Origin: Promethearchaeota archaeon
GTDB taxonomy: Archaea > Asgardarchaeota > Lokiarchaeia > Sigyniarchaeales > SOKP01
Length of the DNA: 64,000 bases
Direction: 5' to 3'
NCBI GenBank assembly: GCA_048937405.1
Contig: JBHLNF010000001.1
Coordinates: forward strand, 688,785-752,784
A program made the position numbers and the translations under genes. This document shows positions 49,528 through 58,702 of this stretch, piece after piece. The notes below the pieces were generated by a model. The model did no database searches, was not told the DNA's origin, and saw nothing but the letters and a program-made list of their open reading frames with translations. Position 1 is the stretch's first letter. Every line of letters begins with the position of its first letter.

Positions 49528-50613
49528 ATGATATTACAAATGACATATGGTCAGATGATCTTTCTAAATCATTTTATGTTGTATCTTTCGACAATTGGTT
49601 TTGGATTAGCTTTAACTAATTGTTTTATTGGACTTTCACATATAAGGAATTTAAAAGAACTAACCTTGTTAGAAGTAAAAGCACATAAAAGGTTTGGATG
49701 GACTGCAGCATTAATTTTTTATTTATTGACAATACTTTGTATTTACTTTGCGGTAATACCGAGGTTAAATCCAAGTGATTTTGAAGAATTTTTTATTAAT
49801 ACTATATTTTGGCATACTTTTTTAGGTGGAATTATAGCATTCGTATTGTTTACAATCAAGTTTATTATTGCTAGATTCAAAAAAGATTTTATATATGATT
49901 ATGGAAAGATTATCGGTCCAATTGGATTTACTGGATGGGCATTAAGTTATTTTACTAGTAATATTGATTTCTATTTTTATGTAAATCCAACAGTTGGACT
50001 TGAAAATCCGTATATAATGCCAAATTATTTAGTATCAATAATTATTTCAATTTTGATTGGTTTATGTCTTTTGATCTTAGTGAAAGCATTTAAATATAAA
50101 ACTTATGGAGAACCCACACAAAGGACAAGCCTTCATGGTGTTGCTATGATTTTACACGGAATAACATTTGGTTATGAAGGAAGTGCAAAAGAACTTGTTG
50201 GAACTCCTGTTTTATATAAATACGTTTTTCCTAAAACTTATGAATTTTTAGAAAGATATTCTAAACAAATTGGACTTGATCTTAACGAATTAAGAAATTA
50301 TAATCTAAATGAAGCATTAGAAATTGCAATGAACAAATTTTCTGAAATTGGTATGGCTGAAAATCTTAAATTAGAGTGGATCTCTGAAAATGAATTTACA
50401 GTGGAATCTATTAATTGTTCCACAGCAATAGTTAGGTCTTATATGAACCCGGAGGAATTAACTAATTCAATTTGTCCTTGGGGAATATTAACAGCAACAA
50501 TTGTAAATGCCTTGACTGGAAAAGATATAGAAATCAGTCCTAGTGAATTCAATAAAATTGGAGCTAAAAGTAAATTAAAAATAATTGGAGATAAAAGAAT
50601 ATCTCAAATTTAA
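49528..50613 (+). CDS. Membrane protein with His-bearing TM helices and C-terminal V4R-like domain
   Basis: About five TMs (AHKRFG, FWHTFLG); C-terminal ESINC...ICPWG. Confidence 0.55.
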   Translation: MILQMTYGQMIFLNHFMLYLSTIGFGLALTNCFIGLSHIRNLKELTLLEVKAHKRFGWTAALIFYLLTILCIYFAVIPRLNPSDFEEFFINTIFWHTFLGGIIAFVLFTIKFIIARFKKDFIYDYGKIIGPIGFTGWALSYFTSNIDFYFYVNPTVGLENPYIMPNYLVSIIISILIGLCLLILVKAFKYKTYGEPTQRTSLHGVAMILHGITFGYEGSAKELVGTPVLYKYVFPKTYEFLERYSKQIGLDLNELRNYNLNEALEIAMNKFSEIGMAENLKLEWISENEFTVESINCSTAIVRSYMNPEELTNSICPWGILTATIVNALTGKDIEISPSEFNKIGAKSKLKIIGDKRISQI

Positions 50614-50788
50614 AGAGTTTTACCTCTTTTATATTTATATAGTAAAAGATATAAAAAATATGTATTATAGTACCTTTTTGGGATTTTAAGAAAATGAGAT
50701 GTGAAGAACTTCAAAGAGAAAAATTACTTAATCTACTCATTGAAGAATCTATTCAGTATATTTTTATTAATAAAAGAGAAGATAATAA

Positions 50789-52123
50789 ATGACTGGAATT
50801 CTAGATGGTATAATTATATTAGATTTTTCTGAATATATTGCTGGTCCATATTGTGGGGGACTTCTTTCCGATTTGGGTGCAGAAGTAATAAAAATCGAAC
50901 CTCCTGATGGATCGGAAGAAAGAAGATGGGGAAATTCCAAAATATTTAAAGGAAGTACTAGATCTGCTTTAACAATGAATAGGAATAAGAAAAGTCTTTG
51001 TCTGGATATTAGAAAGGAAGAAGCCAAGAATATTATTTATCGGCTTGTTGAAAAGGCTGATGTTGTACTTCAAAATTACACCCCTGGAGTCGCTGAAAAA
51101 CTTGGGATTGATTATGACACTCTATCAACCATTAACAAAAAGTTGATTTTCATCTCAAGTACTGCATTTGGAGAAATTGGCCCCTATCAAAATCGTAGAG
51201 GTTTAGATCTTATTGCACATGCGGCTTCTGGCATTATGGCTTATTATGCTGATGAAGATGGTAACCCTAAGGGACCAGGAGGAATCCCATATATTGATAT
51301 CTGTACAGCTATGCTCAACGCTTTTAGTGTTGTGGCTGCTCTTTTTAACAGAATAAAGACTAGAGAGGGTCAAAAAATTGAAACCTCACTTTTTACCACT
51401 GCTTTGGCTTTACAACTTACTAGTGTTACAAACATCGAGAAATTGGAGAAGGAAAGATATAAAGAAGAATTGGATCTTTTAAGCAATGCTTTTCAAGAGG
51501 GAAAATCTCATACAGAGATTATCGATGAATTAATGTACTTGAAACGACGATATGATCGACCTGAAGCAACTAGAATAATTGATGTTCCAGATTGTAATCA
51601 TAGGCCAGCAGACAGATATTTTTTCCCTTATTATAGGATTTATGAAACAGCAAATGGTTTTATCAGTATTGCTGCGATAACCAGTCGACAGAGAAAAATT
51701 GTATGTGATGTGATAGATATTTACGATAAGGGAGCTGAGGTTGAATTTGGTGATATAACTGATGAGGTTATCAATCATCAACAAGAATTGACACATCAGA
51801 TTGAAAAGCGATTTCGTGAAAAGACAAAGGAAGAATGGATCGAAGCTCTGGAAAATGCTGGGATTCCATGTGGACAAGTAAATTATAGTGTGGATCTATT
51901 CTATGATCCTCAAGTGAAGGCTATGAATATGATATGGGATCTTGAAAATAGTGAACATGGTGCTTATAAAATGATCGGGCATCCAATTAAATTCTCAAAA
52001 ACTCCAGTTAAACCTAGAAAAGGCGCCCCAACTTTAGGCGAGGACTCGGTTTCTGTTCTGGAACAGTTTGGTTTCACTAAAAAAGAGATCACAGAGTTTA
52101 AAAAACAGTCTATTATAAAATGA
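50789..52123 (+). CDS. Family III CoA-transferase (CaiB/BaiF)
   Basis: AGPYCG..LSDLGAEVIKIEPP, NRNKKSL, GLD, APTLGE. Confidence 0.92.
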   Translation: MTGILDGIIILDFSEYIAGPYCGGLLSDLGAEVIKIEPPDGSEERRWGNSKIFKGSTRSALTMNRNKKSLCLDIRKEEAKNIIYRLVEKADVVLQNYTPGVAEKLGIDYDTLSTINKKLIFISSTAFGEIGPYQNRRGLDLIAHAASGIMAYYADEDGNPKGPGGIPYIDICTAMLNAFSVVAALFNRIKTREGQKIETSLFTTALALQLTSVTNIEKLEKERYKEELDLLSNAFQEGKSHTEIIDELMYLKRRYDRPEATRIIDVPDCNHRPADRYFFPYYRIYETANGFISIAAITSRQRKIVCDVIDIYDKGAEVEFGDITDEVINHQQELTHQIEKRFREKTKEEWIEALENAGIPCGQVNYSVDLFYDPQVKAMNMIWDLENSEHGAYKMIGHPIKFSKTPVKPRKGAPTLGEDSVSVLEQFGFTKKEITEFKKQSIIK

Positions 52124-52286
52124 CTGAATAGAAAAGCTTTTCTAATTTTTGTTAATATTTTGAAATGTTTTTTTATCGTTTTATCAAGTCTTTTTCAAAC
52201 TTAAAAAATTTTTTCTGAAACAAGATTGAGTGTTAGTATTGGTTTTTTTAATAAATTAGTATGATTTTAATGATAATTTAAAAAAA

Positions 52287-52625
52287 CTAACCGGGGTAAT
52301 CATTTTTTGATCCCATTAGAGTAGTTGTTTCTTCGATCCATTGAGATAAATCTTTATCAATTCTACAGAATGTAACAATTTTATCTAAATCTCTTAGTCT
52401 ACTAAATGAGCATTCTACCATAACATCCCATCCTCCATAAACAGGAGTAGCATATGTTATGTTCCAATCTTCTTTTGGATCTGTTGATTTTAAGCCCCTG
52501 AGTTTATCAACAACTTTCCATTCAGAACCAATTACTTTTAAGCGAATTAGTATATACCCTCTATAATACAATTTATGTGCATTGTTATTATTTTTGACAA
52601 CTTTATTATTCTTTTTTAGTTTCAT
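52287..52625 (-). CDS. Stand-alone Lrp/AsnC C-terminal (RAM-like) domain protein
   Basis: GYILI...V.GGWDVMV...IEETTTL pattern, no HTH; start overlaps argG stop. Confidence 0.55.
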   Translation of the reverse strand: MKLKKNNKVVKNNNNAHKLYYRGYILIRLKVIGSEWKVVDKLRGLKSTDPKEDWNITYATPVYGGWDVMVECSFSRLRDLDKIVTFCRIDKDLSQWIEETTTLMGSKNDYPG

Positions 52626-53907
52626 ATTTTATTACCTCCTCTATTTGATCTTTATTTGAATATCCTGTTATTGATTTAGCAATATTTCTTACTTGAAAAC
52701 CAATCTCACTTTGTAGTCCCCATATTGGAATGAATCCATAACTCAATTTTTGATTGAACGTACTCTTGGTATCATATGTAGCTAAATTTATATCATAAAG
52801 CCCATAAGGAGATTCTCTTGAAACCACGCTAGCGTTCCCCTTGAAAAGTTTCACTTTTACTTCTCCTGTAACCTTTTCATTTACAACATTAATAAATGCT
52901 TCTAAGGCGTCTCTTAACGGATCCACCCACAATCCTTCATAAATTAATTCTGTCCAACGTTGGTCTACTATCGTTTTAAATGAATTCTCATGTTTAGTAC
53001 AGACAAATTTTTCAAGATCTTTATGTGCCTTAATTAATATTAAAGCTGTTGGAACTTCATATACCTCCCTTGATTTTAATCCAATCGCTCGATCTTCCAT
53101 ATGATTTACTCTTCCAATTCCGTGTTTACAACCAATTTTATGTAATTCTCCAATTAAATCAACACCATTAATCTTTCTACCATTTAAACAGACTGGTATT
53201 CCTTTTTCAAAAGATATTTGGAGATATTTTGGTGTATCAGGCGCAGTTTCGGGTGAAGTTGTCCAAGAGAAACAATCTTCTGGGGGTTCAATTTCTGGGT
53301 TTTCTAAGACATCACATTCTGCACTTCTCCCGAAAAGATTCTCATCAACACTATATTTTTTATATTGTTGTTGAATAGGAATTCCATGGAGTTGAGCATA
53401 TTTAATTTCTTCATCTCTACCCATATTCCATTCTATTAAAGGTTGTAATATTTCAATATTAGGAGCATAAGCTCTCATTGTCACATTAAACCGTATTTGA
53501 TCATTTCCTTTTCCTGTACAACCATGAGCTATTGCCTCAATATTCTCTTGTTGTGCAATGTTTATAGCTTCAATAGCTATCAATGGTCTTCCTACTGCCG
53601 TGCTTAGGGGGTAAACTCCTTGATACAAACCGTTTGCTTTAATGGTAGGAAATAAATAATTATTTACAAACTTCTCTTTTAAATCTACGGTGTAGTGCTT
53701 AATCACCCCTAAATTATATGCCTTTTCCTCAATTTCCTTAAATCTGGATGGATCTGCGAATTCCTGACCGAGATCTGCTGTAAAAGTATAAATTTCAGAA
53801 CTATATTTATCTTGTAACCATTTTATCATGCAAGAAGTATCCAGACCACCAGAATACATCAATAAAATTTTATTATATTTATTTTTTTTAGGTCCTAACT
53901 GATTCAT
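52606..53907 (-). CDS. argG: Argininosuccinate synthase
   Basis: YSGGLDTS, HGCTGKGNDQIRF, SVDENLFG, KSREVYE. Confidence 0.96.
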   Translation of the reverse strand: MNQLGPKKNKYNKILLMYSGGLDTSCMIKWLQDKYSSEIYTFTADLGQEFADPSRFKEIEEKAYNLGVIKHYTVDLKEKFVNNYLFPTIKANGLYQGVYPLSTAVGRPLIAIEAINIAQQENIEAIAHGCTGKGNDQIRFNVTMRAYAPNIEILQPLIEWNMGRDEEIKYAQLHGIPIQQQYKKYSVDENLFGRSAECDVLENPEIEPPEDCFSWTTSPETAPDTPKYLQISFEKGIPVCLNGRKINGVDLIGELHKIGCKHGIGRVNHMEDRAIGLKSREVYEVPTALILIKAHKDLEKFVCTKHENSFKTIVDQRWTELIYEGLWVDPLRDALEAFINVVNEKVTGEVKVKLFKGNASVVSRESPYGLYDINLATYDTKSTFNQKLSYGFIPIWGLQSEIGFQVRNIAKSITGYSNKDQIEEVIKYETKKE

Positions 53908-53955
53908 TAATCACTCACTTTCTTTTATTAATATCTATTATTTTATTATAATTTT

Positions 53956-55002
53956 TTATATAGGGAACATAGGAATTGATTTTAAACCTATATTCTCTTT
54001 TAAATTAAACATTAAATTCATATTTTGAACAGCTTGTCCTGCTCCACCCTTGACTAGATTATCAATTGCTCCAATTATAATTATTCTATTAGCTTTTTCA
54101 TCTAAACAAAATCCAATATCGCAATAATTTGATCCTTTAACCCATTTCGTTTCAGGGAATTCGTTTTTACCCATTAACCGAATAAAAAATTCATTACTAT
54201 AATTTTTTTCATATATTTTTTTGATATCTTCATAATTATATGACTTTTTGAGAATTCCATAGCAGGTACATAATATTCCTCTATTCATAGGGAGGAGATG
54301 CGGAGTAAAAATTACTGAAATTTCATTTCCTTTTAATTCACCTAATTCTTGTTCGATTTCTGGAGTATGTCGGTGAGATAATACTTTATATGCCTTAGTT
54401 GATTCATTACATTCTGAAAAATGGGTTCCAAGATTTAAAGATCTTCCAGCTCCTGATACTCCTGATTTTGCATCAATAATTATATTCCTTTCGTCCAAAA
54501 TCCCTTCTTTTATAAGAGGTAATAAACATAATAACGCACAAGTAGGATAGCAACCAGGATTAGCTACTAATTTTGAACTCTTTATTTGGTCTCTTTTCCA
54601 TTCTGAAAGACCGTAGACGGCTTTATTCAACAGACTAGCATTATTATGTTTAATACTATACCATAACTCGTATTCATCTACATTCTTTAATCGAAAATCT
54701 GCACTTAGATCAATAACTTTTACATTTTTTAAAATATCATCTGTTAATATCTCTGAAGTAACTCCATGAGGTAATGATAGAAATATGATATCAAGTTGGT
54801 TTATTGCAGAATTAAGATCATCCTCATCACAGATCATCTCACATATTTTATTGAAGTTTGAATAAACAGAATTATAACTTTGATTTTTATGATTTTTAGA
54901 TGTTAATAATTTTAATTCTACTTCAGGATGATTATATAAAATTCTGACTAATTCTGATCCTATATATCCAGTTGCTCCTATTATACCCGCTCTAATCATC
55001 AT
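53956..55002 (-). CDS. argC: N-acetyl-gamma-glutamyl-phosphate reductase
   Basis: GATGYIG, DLSADFR, ANPGCYPT, SGVSGAGR, HRHTPEI, DNLVKGGAGQAVQN. Confidence 0.96.
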   Translation of the reverse strand: MMIRAGIIGATGYIGSELVRILYNHPEVELKLLTSKNHKNQSYNSVYSNFNKICEMICDEDDLNSAINQLDIIFLSLPHGVTSEILTDDILKNVKVIDLSADFRLKNVDEYELWYSIKHNNASLLNKAVYGLSEWKRDQIKSSKLVANPGCYPTCALLCLLPLIKEGILDERNIIIDAKSGVSGAGRSLNLGTHFSECNESTKAYKVLSHRHTPEIEQELGELKGNEISVIFTPHLLPMNRGILCTCYGILKKSYNYEDIKKIYEKNYSNEFFIRLMGKNEFPETKWVKGSNYCDIGFCLDEKANRIIIIGAIDNLVKGGAGQAVQNMNLMFNLKENIGLKSIPMFPI

Positions 55003-56204
55003 TATAAGCCTTTATTATTTTTATTCTGTTGTAAAACATCATCAAGGATAGATATTCCTTCATCAATTTCATTTTTGCTAATAATCAGTGGTGGAACAAA
55101 TCTTATTACATTTTCTCCAGCACCTAATATAAGTAAACCTTGTTCCATAGATTTTTCTACTATATCCTTAACAGGAGTATTTAGTTCCAAACCAAGTATC
55201 AAACCATAACCTCTAACATCCTTAATCATAGCATATTTTTCCTTTAAAGTTGCTAGTTTCTCTTTTAGATATTCCCCTTGTTTTCGTACATTTTCAAGGA
55301 TTCCACCGTTTAACAATTTATTCAGTACTACTTTACCTGCTGTACATGCTAAATGATTACCTCCAAACGTTGATGCATGATCACCTGGTTGAAAAGCATC
55401 TGCTTTACTTTGAATTGCCAACATTGCTCCTATGGGAATACCTCCACCTAAACCTTTTGCTAATGAAACTACATCAGGTTTTACATCAAATATTTGATAT
55501 GCAAATAATTCACCAGTTCTTCCAATGCCACATTGAACTTCATCAAATACAAGTACAATATCTTTTTCATCACACAGAGCTCTTACTTTTTTTAAGTAAG
55601 ATTTCTCAGCAGGATGAATTCCTCCTTCACCTTGTATAGGCTCTATTATTATAGCACATGTGTCTTCATTAACTGCTCCTTTTAACTCATTAAAGTTATT
55701 TAATTCAACATAGGAAAATCCAGGCATTAGTGGATCAAATCCTTTTTGATATTTAGTCTGACCTGTAGCAGTGACAGTGGCCATTGTTCTTCCGTGAAAC
55801 GATCTCTTCATTGTGATAATTTTATGACAATTATCTCCATGGACTTTCTTTCCATATTTTTTACATAATTTTATTGCGGCTTCTACCGCCTCAGCTCCAC
55901 TATTACAATAAAAAATTTTATCGAAACAGCTATTTTTAATTAAAATCTCTCCTAACTCAATTGAGGGCATCATCCAGTACAAATTTGAACAATGTTGCAT
56001 TTTTTTTAATTGTGCAATAATTTCTTGGATATAATCAGGATCATTATAGCCTAAAGCATTTACAGCTATCCCAGCAACAAAATCTACATACTTTTTTCCA
56101 TCACTATCCCAGAGATAGATTCCATTTCCTTTTTCTAATACAATGGGAAACTGTTTATAAGTATTCATTATAACCTTAGTTCCCCTTTCAATCCAATCAC
56201 TCAT
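55002..56204 (-). CDS. argD: Acetylornithine aminotransferase
   Basis: NSGAEA, SFHGRT, EPIQGEGG, FDEVQCG, AKGLGGG; start set at ATG 56204 behind GAGAGGA. Confidence 0.93.
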   Translation of the reverse strand: MSDWIERGTKVIMNTYKQFPIVLEKGNGIYLWDSDGKKYVDFVAGIAVNALGYNDPDYIQEIIAQLKKMQHCSNLYWMMPSIELGEILIKNSCFDKIFYCNSGAEAVEAAIKLCKKYGKKVHGDNCHKIITMKRSFHGRTMATVTATGQTKYQKGFDPLMPGFSYVELNNFNELKGAVNEDTCAIIIEPIQGEGGIHPAEKSYLKKVRALCDEKDIVLVFDEVQCGIGRTGELFAYQIFDVKPDVVSLAKGLGGGIPIGAMLAIQSKADAFQPGDHASTFGGNHLACTAGKVVLNKLLNGGILENVRKQGEYLKEKLATLKEKYAMIKDVRGYGLILGLELNTPVKDIVEKSMEQGLLILGAGENVIRFVPPLIISKNEIDEGISILDDVLQQNKNNKGL

Positions 56205-56247
56205 AATTAAATTCCTCTCTTTCATTTTTATATTTTTTTTTATAATA

Positions 56248-57108
56248 TTACTTTTTAAACATTGTACCAATCCCTTGAGGGGTAAAAATTTCAAGTAAAA
56301 GACTATGTTCAATTCTTCCATCAATAATATGAACTGCTTTTACATCATTATTTATTGCTTCTATACAACTTCTTACTTTTGGAATCATCCCTTCTGTAAT
56401 TTTACCTTCTCTAATATAAGATAAAGCTTGTTCAGTCTTCAATTCTGATATTAGTGAATTGTTATCATTTACATCTAGAAGTACTCCTAAAACGTCAGTT
56501 ATATAGATTAACTTTTCTACATTTAATGCTTTTGAAATAGCTAGTGCTACTTCATCAGCATTAATATTATATGTATTTCCTAAATTATCTGAGCCTATTG
56601 GTGCAATAACTGGAATTAAAGCATTTTTAAGTATCCCTTTCAAAAATTGAGTATTCACTTCAGTAACCTCTCCAACAAAACCTAAATCTTCTCCGTCAAC
56701 CATTTTTTTCTTTACTTTCAATAAATTACTATCTTTCCCACTCAGTCCTAATGCATTACTTCCTTGAGTCTGAATATCATTTACAATTCCTTTATTTATT
56801 TTTCCAGCTAATACCATTTCGACAACATCCATTGTTTCTTCATCAGTAATTCTAAGTCCATTAAAAAATTTTGACTCGATCTTTAATTTTCTTAATAAAA
56901 TATTAATTGAAGCTCCGCCCCCATGCACAACTATTATATTAATTCCTACGAAATCGAGGAAAACAAGATCTTCAATAAAACCCTTTTTAAGCTCAGGTTT
57001 TACCATTGCGCTACCACCATATTTTATAACAAAAGTTTTTCCATAAAATGCTCTAATGTATTTTATTGCTTCTATCAAAATTCTTGCTTTTCCAATATTT
57101 TCAATCAT
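56248..57108 (-). CDS. argB: Acetylglutamate kinase
   Basis: VIKYGG, VHGGG, GLRITD, NINAD, GMIPKV; probable start ATG 57108 behind AGGTGG. Confidence 0.93.
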   Translation of the reverse strand: MIENIGKARILIEAIKYIRAFYGKTFVIKYGGSAMVKPELKKGFIEDLVFLDFVGINIIVVHGGGASINILLRKLKIESKFFNGLRITDEETMDVVEMVLAGKINKGIVNDIQTQGSNALGLSGKDSNLLKVKKKMVDGEDLGFVGEVTEVNTQFLKGILKNALIPVIAPIGSDNLGNTYNINADEVALAISKALNVEKLIYITDVLGVLLDVNDNNSLISELKTEQALSYIREGKITEGMIPKVRSCIEAINNDVKAVHIIDGRIEHSLLLEIFTPQGIGTMFKK

Positions 57109-57121
57109 TTTTTCCACCTTT

Positions 57122-58363
57122 TCAGGTTCTATAAGATCCATTAATTCGAACATAATCATAACTTAAATCACATCCCCATGCGATTGCTTCACTTTCTCCA
57201 TCCTTTAAAAGCAATTCTACAATAATTTCATTTTCTTTTAATATTTTTAGTGCTAAATCTTCATCAAATTGTAAAGCACTTCCATCTTTCATAACCTCGA
57301 TTGAATTAACATCATTCAAAAATTTTATTGATACTTTTAATGGATCAAATTTTGCTCCAGAGTAGCCCATTGCAGCAATAATCCTACCCCAATTTGCGTC
57401 TTCTCCAAAAAAGGCTGTCTTTACTAAATTTGAGGTTATTACGGATTTACTTAAGATTTTTGCATCTTGTTTTGATGCAGCTCCTTTGACGTGAACTGCA
57501 ATAAATTTGCTAGCTCCTTCTCCATCTCTTACAATCTCTTGAGCTAAATATAAATTTACATAGTGAAGTGCGTTTTTAAAAATAAAATATTCTTCACTTT
57601 CATCAAAAATTTCTGAGTTATTACCCATTCCATTAGCCAAAAGAATTACTGAATCACTGGTACTTGTATCACCATCTACAGAGATCATATTATATGATTC
57701 TTCAATACTTTCTCTAAACGCTTTTTCTAATAATTCTTTTGAAATATTAATATCAGTTGAAATAAATGAAAGCATAGTAGCCATATTTGGATGAATCATT
57801 CCAGAACCCTTCGCCATCCCTCCTATTCTAATTTTCTTATTATCAATAATAAATTCAACCGAGATCTCTTTAGGATGTGTATCTGTCGTCATAACTGCTT
57901 CAGCAGCTAATCTTGCATCTTTATCTCTACTCCCTATGTTTTTATACGTATTTTTAATACCCTCAATTATAATTTCAATTGGAAGAGGCTTTCCAATAAC
58001 TCCTGTAGAAGCAACAATTACTTGATTTTTCTTTATTCCTAAACAAGAGGCTAACTCAGCTGCCATCATTTCATTATGTTTAATTCCCATTTCTCCTGTA
58101 CAAACATTCGCATTTCCACTATTAACGACTATGCCTTGTATCAAATTGTGATTTTGAATAAGATTTTGATTCCATAATACAGAAGGAGCTTTTACAATAT
58201 TTGTAGTAAAAACCCCTACTGCTTTAGCCGGAACTTCACTATATACTATAGCTAGGTCTTTCTTGCATTCTTTAATCCCTATATGGCAACCAGTAGCATG
58301 AAATCCTTTTGGACTTGTAATTCCTCCTTTTAATTTTGTTATATCAATATTTTTTTTTTCCAT
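57122..58363 (-). CDS. argJ: Ornithine acetyltransferase / N-acetylglutamate synthase
   Basis: NSGNAN, STGVIG, MTTDT, KGSGMIHPNMATML, DGDTST, DGEGA, NWGR. Confidence 0.96.
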   Translation of the reverse strand: MEKKNIDITKLKGGITSPKGFHATGCHIGIKECKKDLAIVYSEVPAKAVGVFTTNIVKAPSVLWNQNLIQNHNLIQGIVVNSGNANVCTGEMGIKHNEMMAAELASCLGIKKNQVIVASTGVIGKPLPIEIIIEGIKNTYKNIGSRDKDARLAAEAVMTTDTHPKEISVEFIIDNKKIRIGGMAKGSGMIHPNMATMLSFISTDINISKELLEKAFRESIEESYNMISVDGDTSTSDSVILLANGMGNNSEIFDESEEYFIFKNALHYVNLYLAQEIVRDGEGASKFIAVHVKGAASKQDAKILSKSVITSNLVKTAFFGEDANWGRIIAAMGYSGAKFDPLKVSIKFLNDVNSIEVMKDGSALQFDEDLALKILKENEIIVELLLKDGESEAIAWGCDLSYDYVRINGSYRT

Positions 58364-58440
58364 ATCTTAAAACATACCTTTTATTTCCATTTCTTGAACC
58401 TATTAAAATTTATATCTTGATTATTTTGTTTGAAAAATTA

Positions 58441-58494
58441 ATAAAAATAAAAAATTAGAAGAAGTGGAGAAAGAAGAATGACACTTCATTTCTT
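58441..58494 (-). promoter_or_regulatory. Alternative hairpins plus U/C-rich tract between the Arg leader and argJ (candidate attenuator)
   Basis: mRNA AAGAAAUGA-AGUG-UCAUUCUU hairpin competes with GAAGUG/CACUUC pairing; followed by UUCUUCUAAUUUUUUAUUUUU. Confidence 0.45.
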
Positions 58495-58509
58495 ACTTTT
58501 ATTAATAAA

Positions 58510-58584
58510 TTAAAGACGGCGACGTGCCGAGTATAGATTGCGTAGTGCTTTTTGAAATTGTTTTCCTACAATTTCGTTATTCAT
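58510..58584 (-). CDS. Putative Arg leader peptide MNNEIVGKQFQKALRNLYSARRRL*
   Basis: Manual translation; terminal CGT CGC CGT run plus one CGC; co-oriented with argJ and ending 146 nt upstream of it. Confidence 0.75.
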   Translation of the reverse strand: MNNEIVGKQFQKALRNLYSARRRL

Positions 58585-58702
58585 ATAAGAATCAAATAAA
58601 ATCATACTTCAAACACCAACACAATATTAACAATAATTTAAAATAGGAACCTAACTATAAAAATTTACCGTTTCTTCTTGATTATTTTTCAATAATCTGT
58701 TT

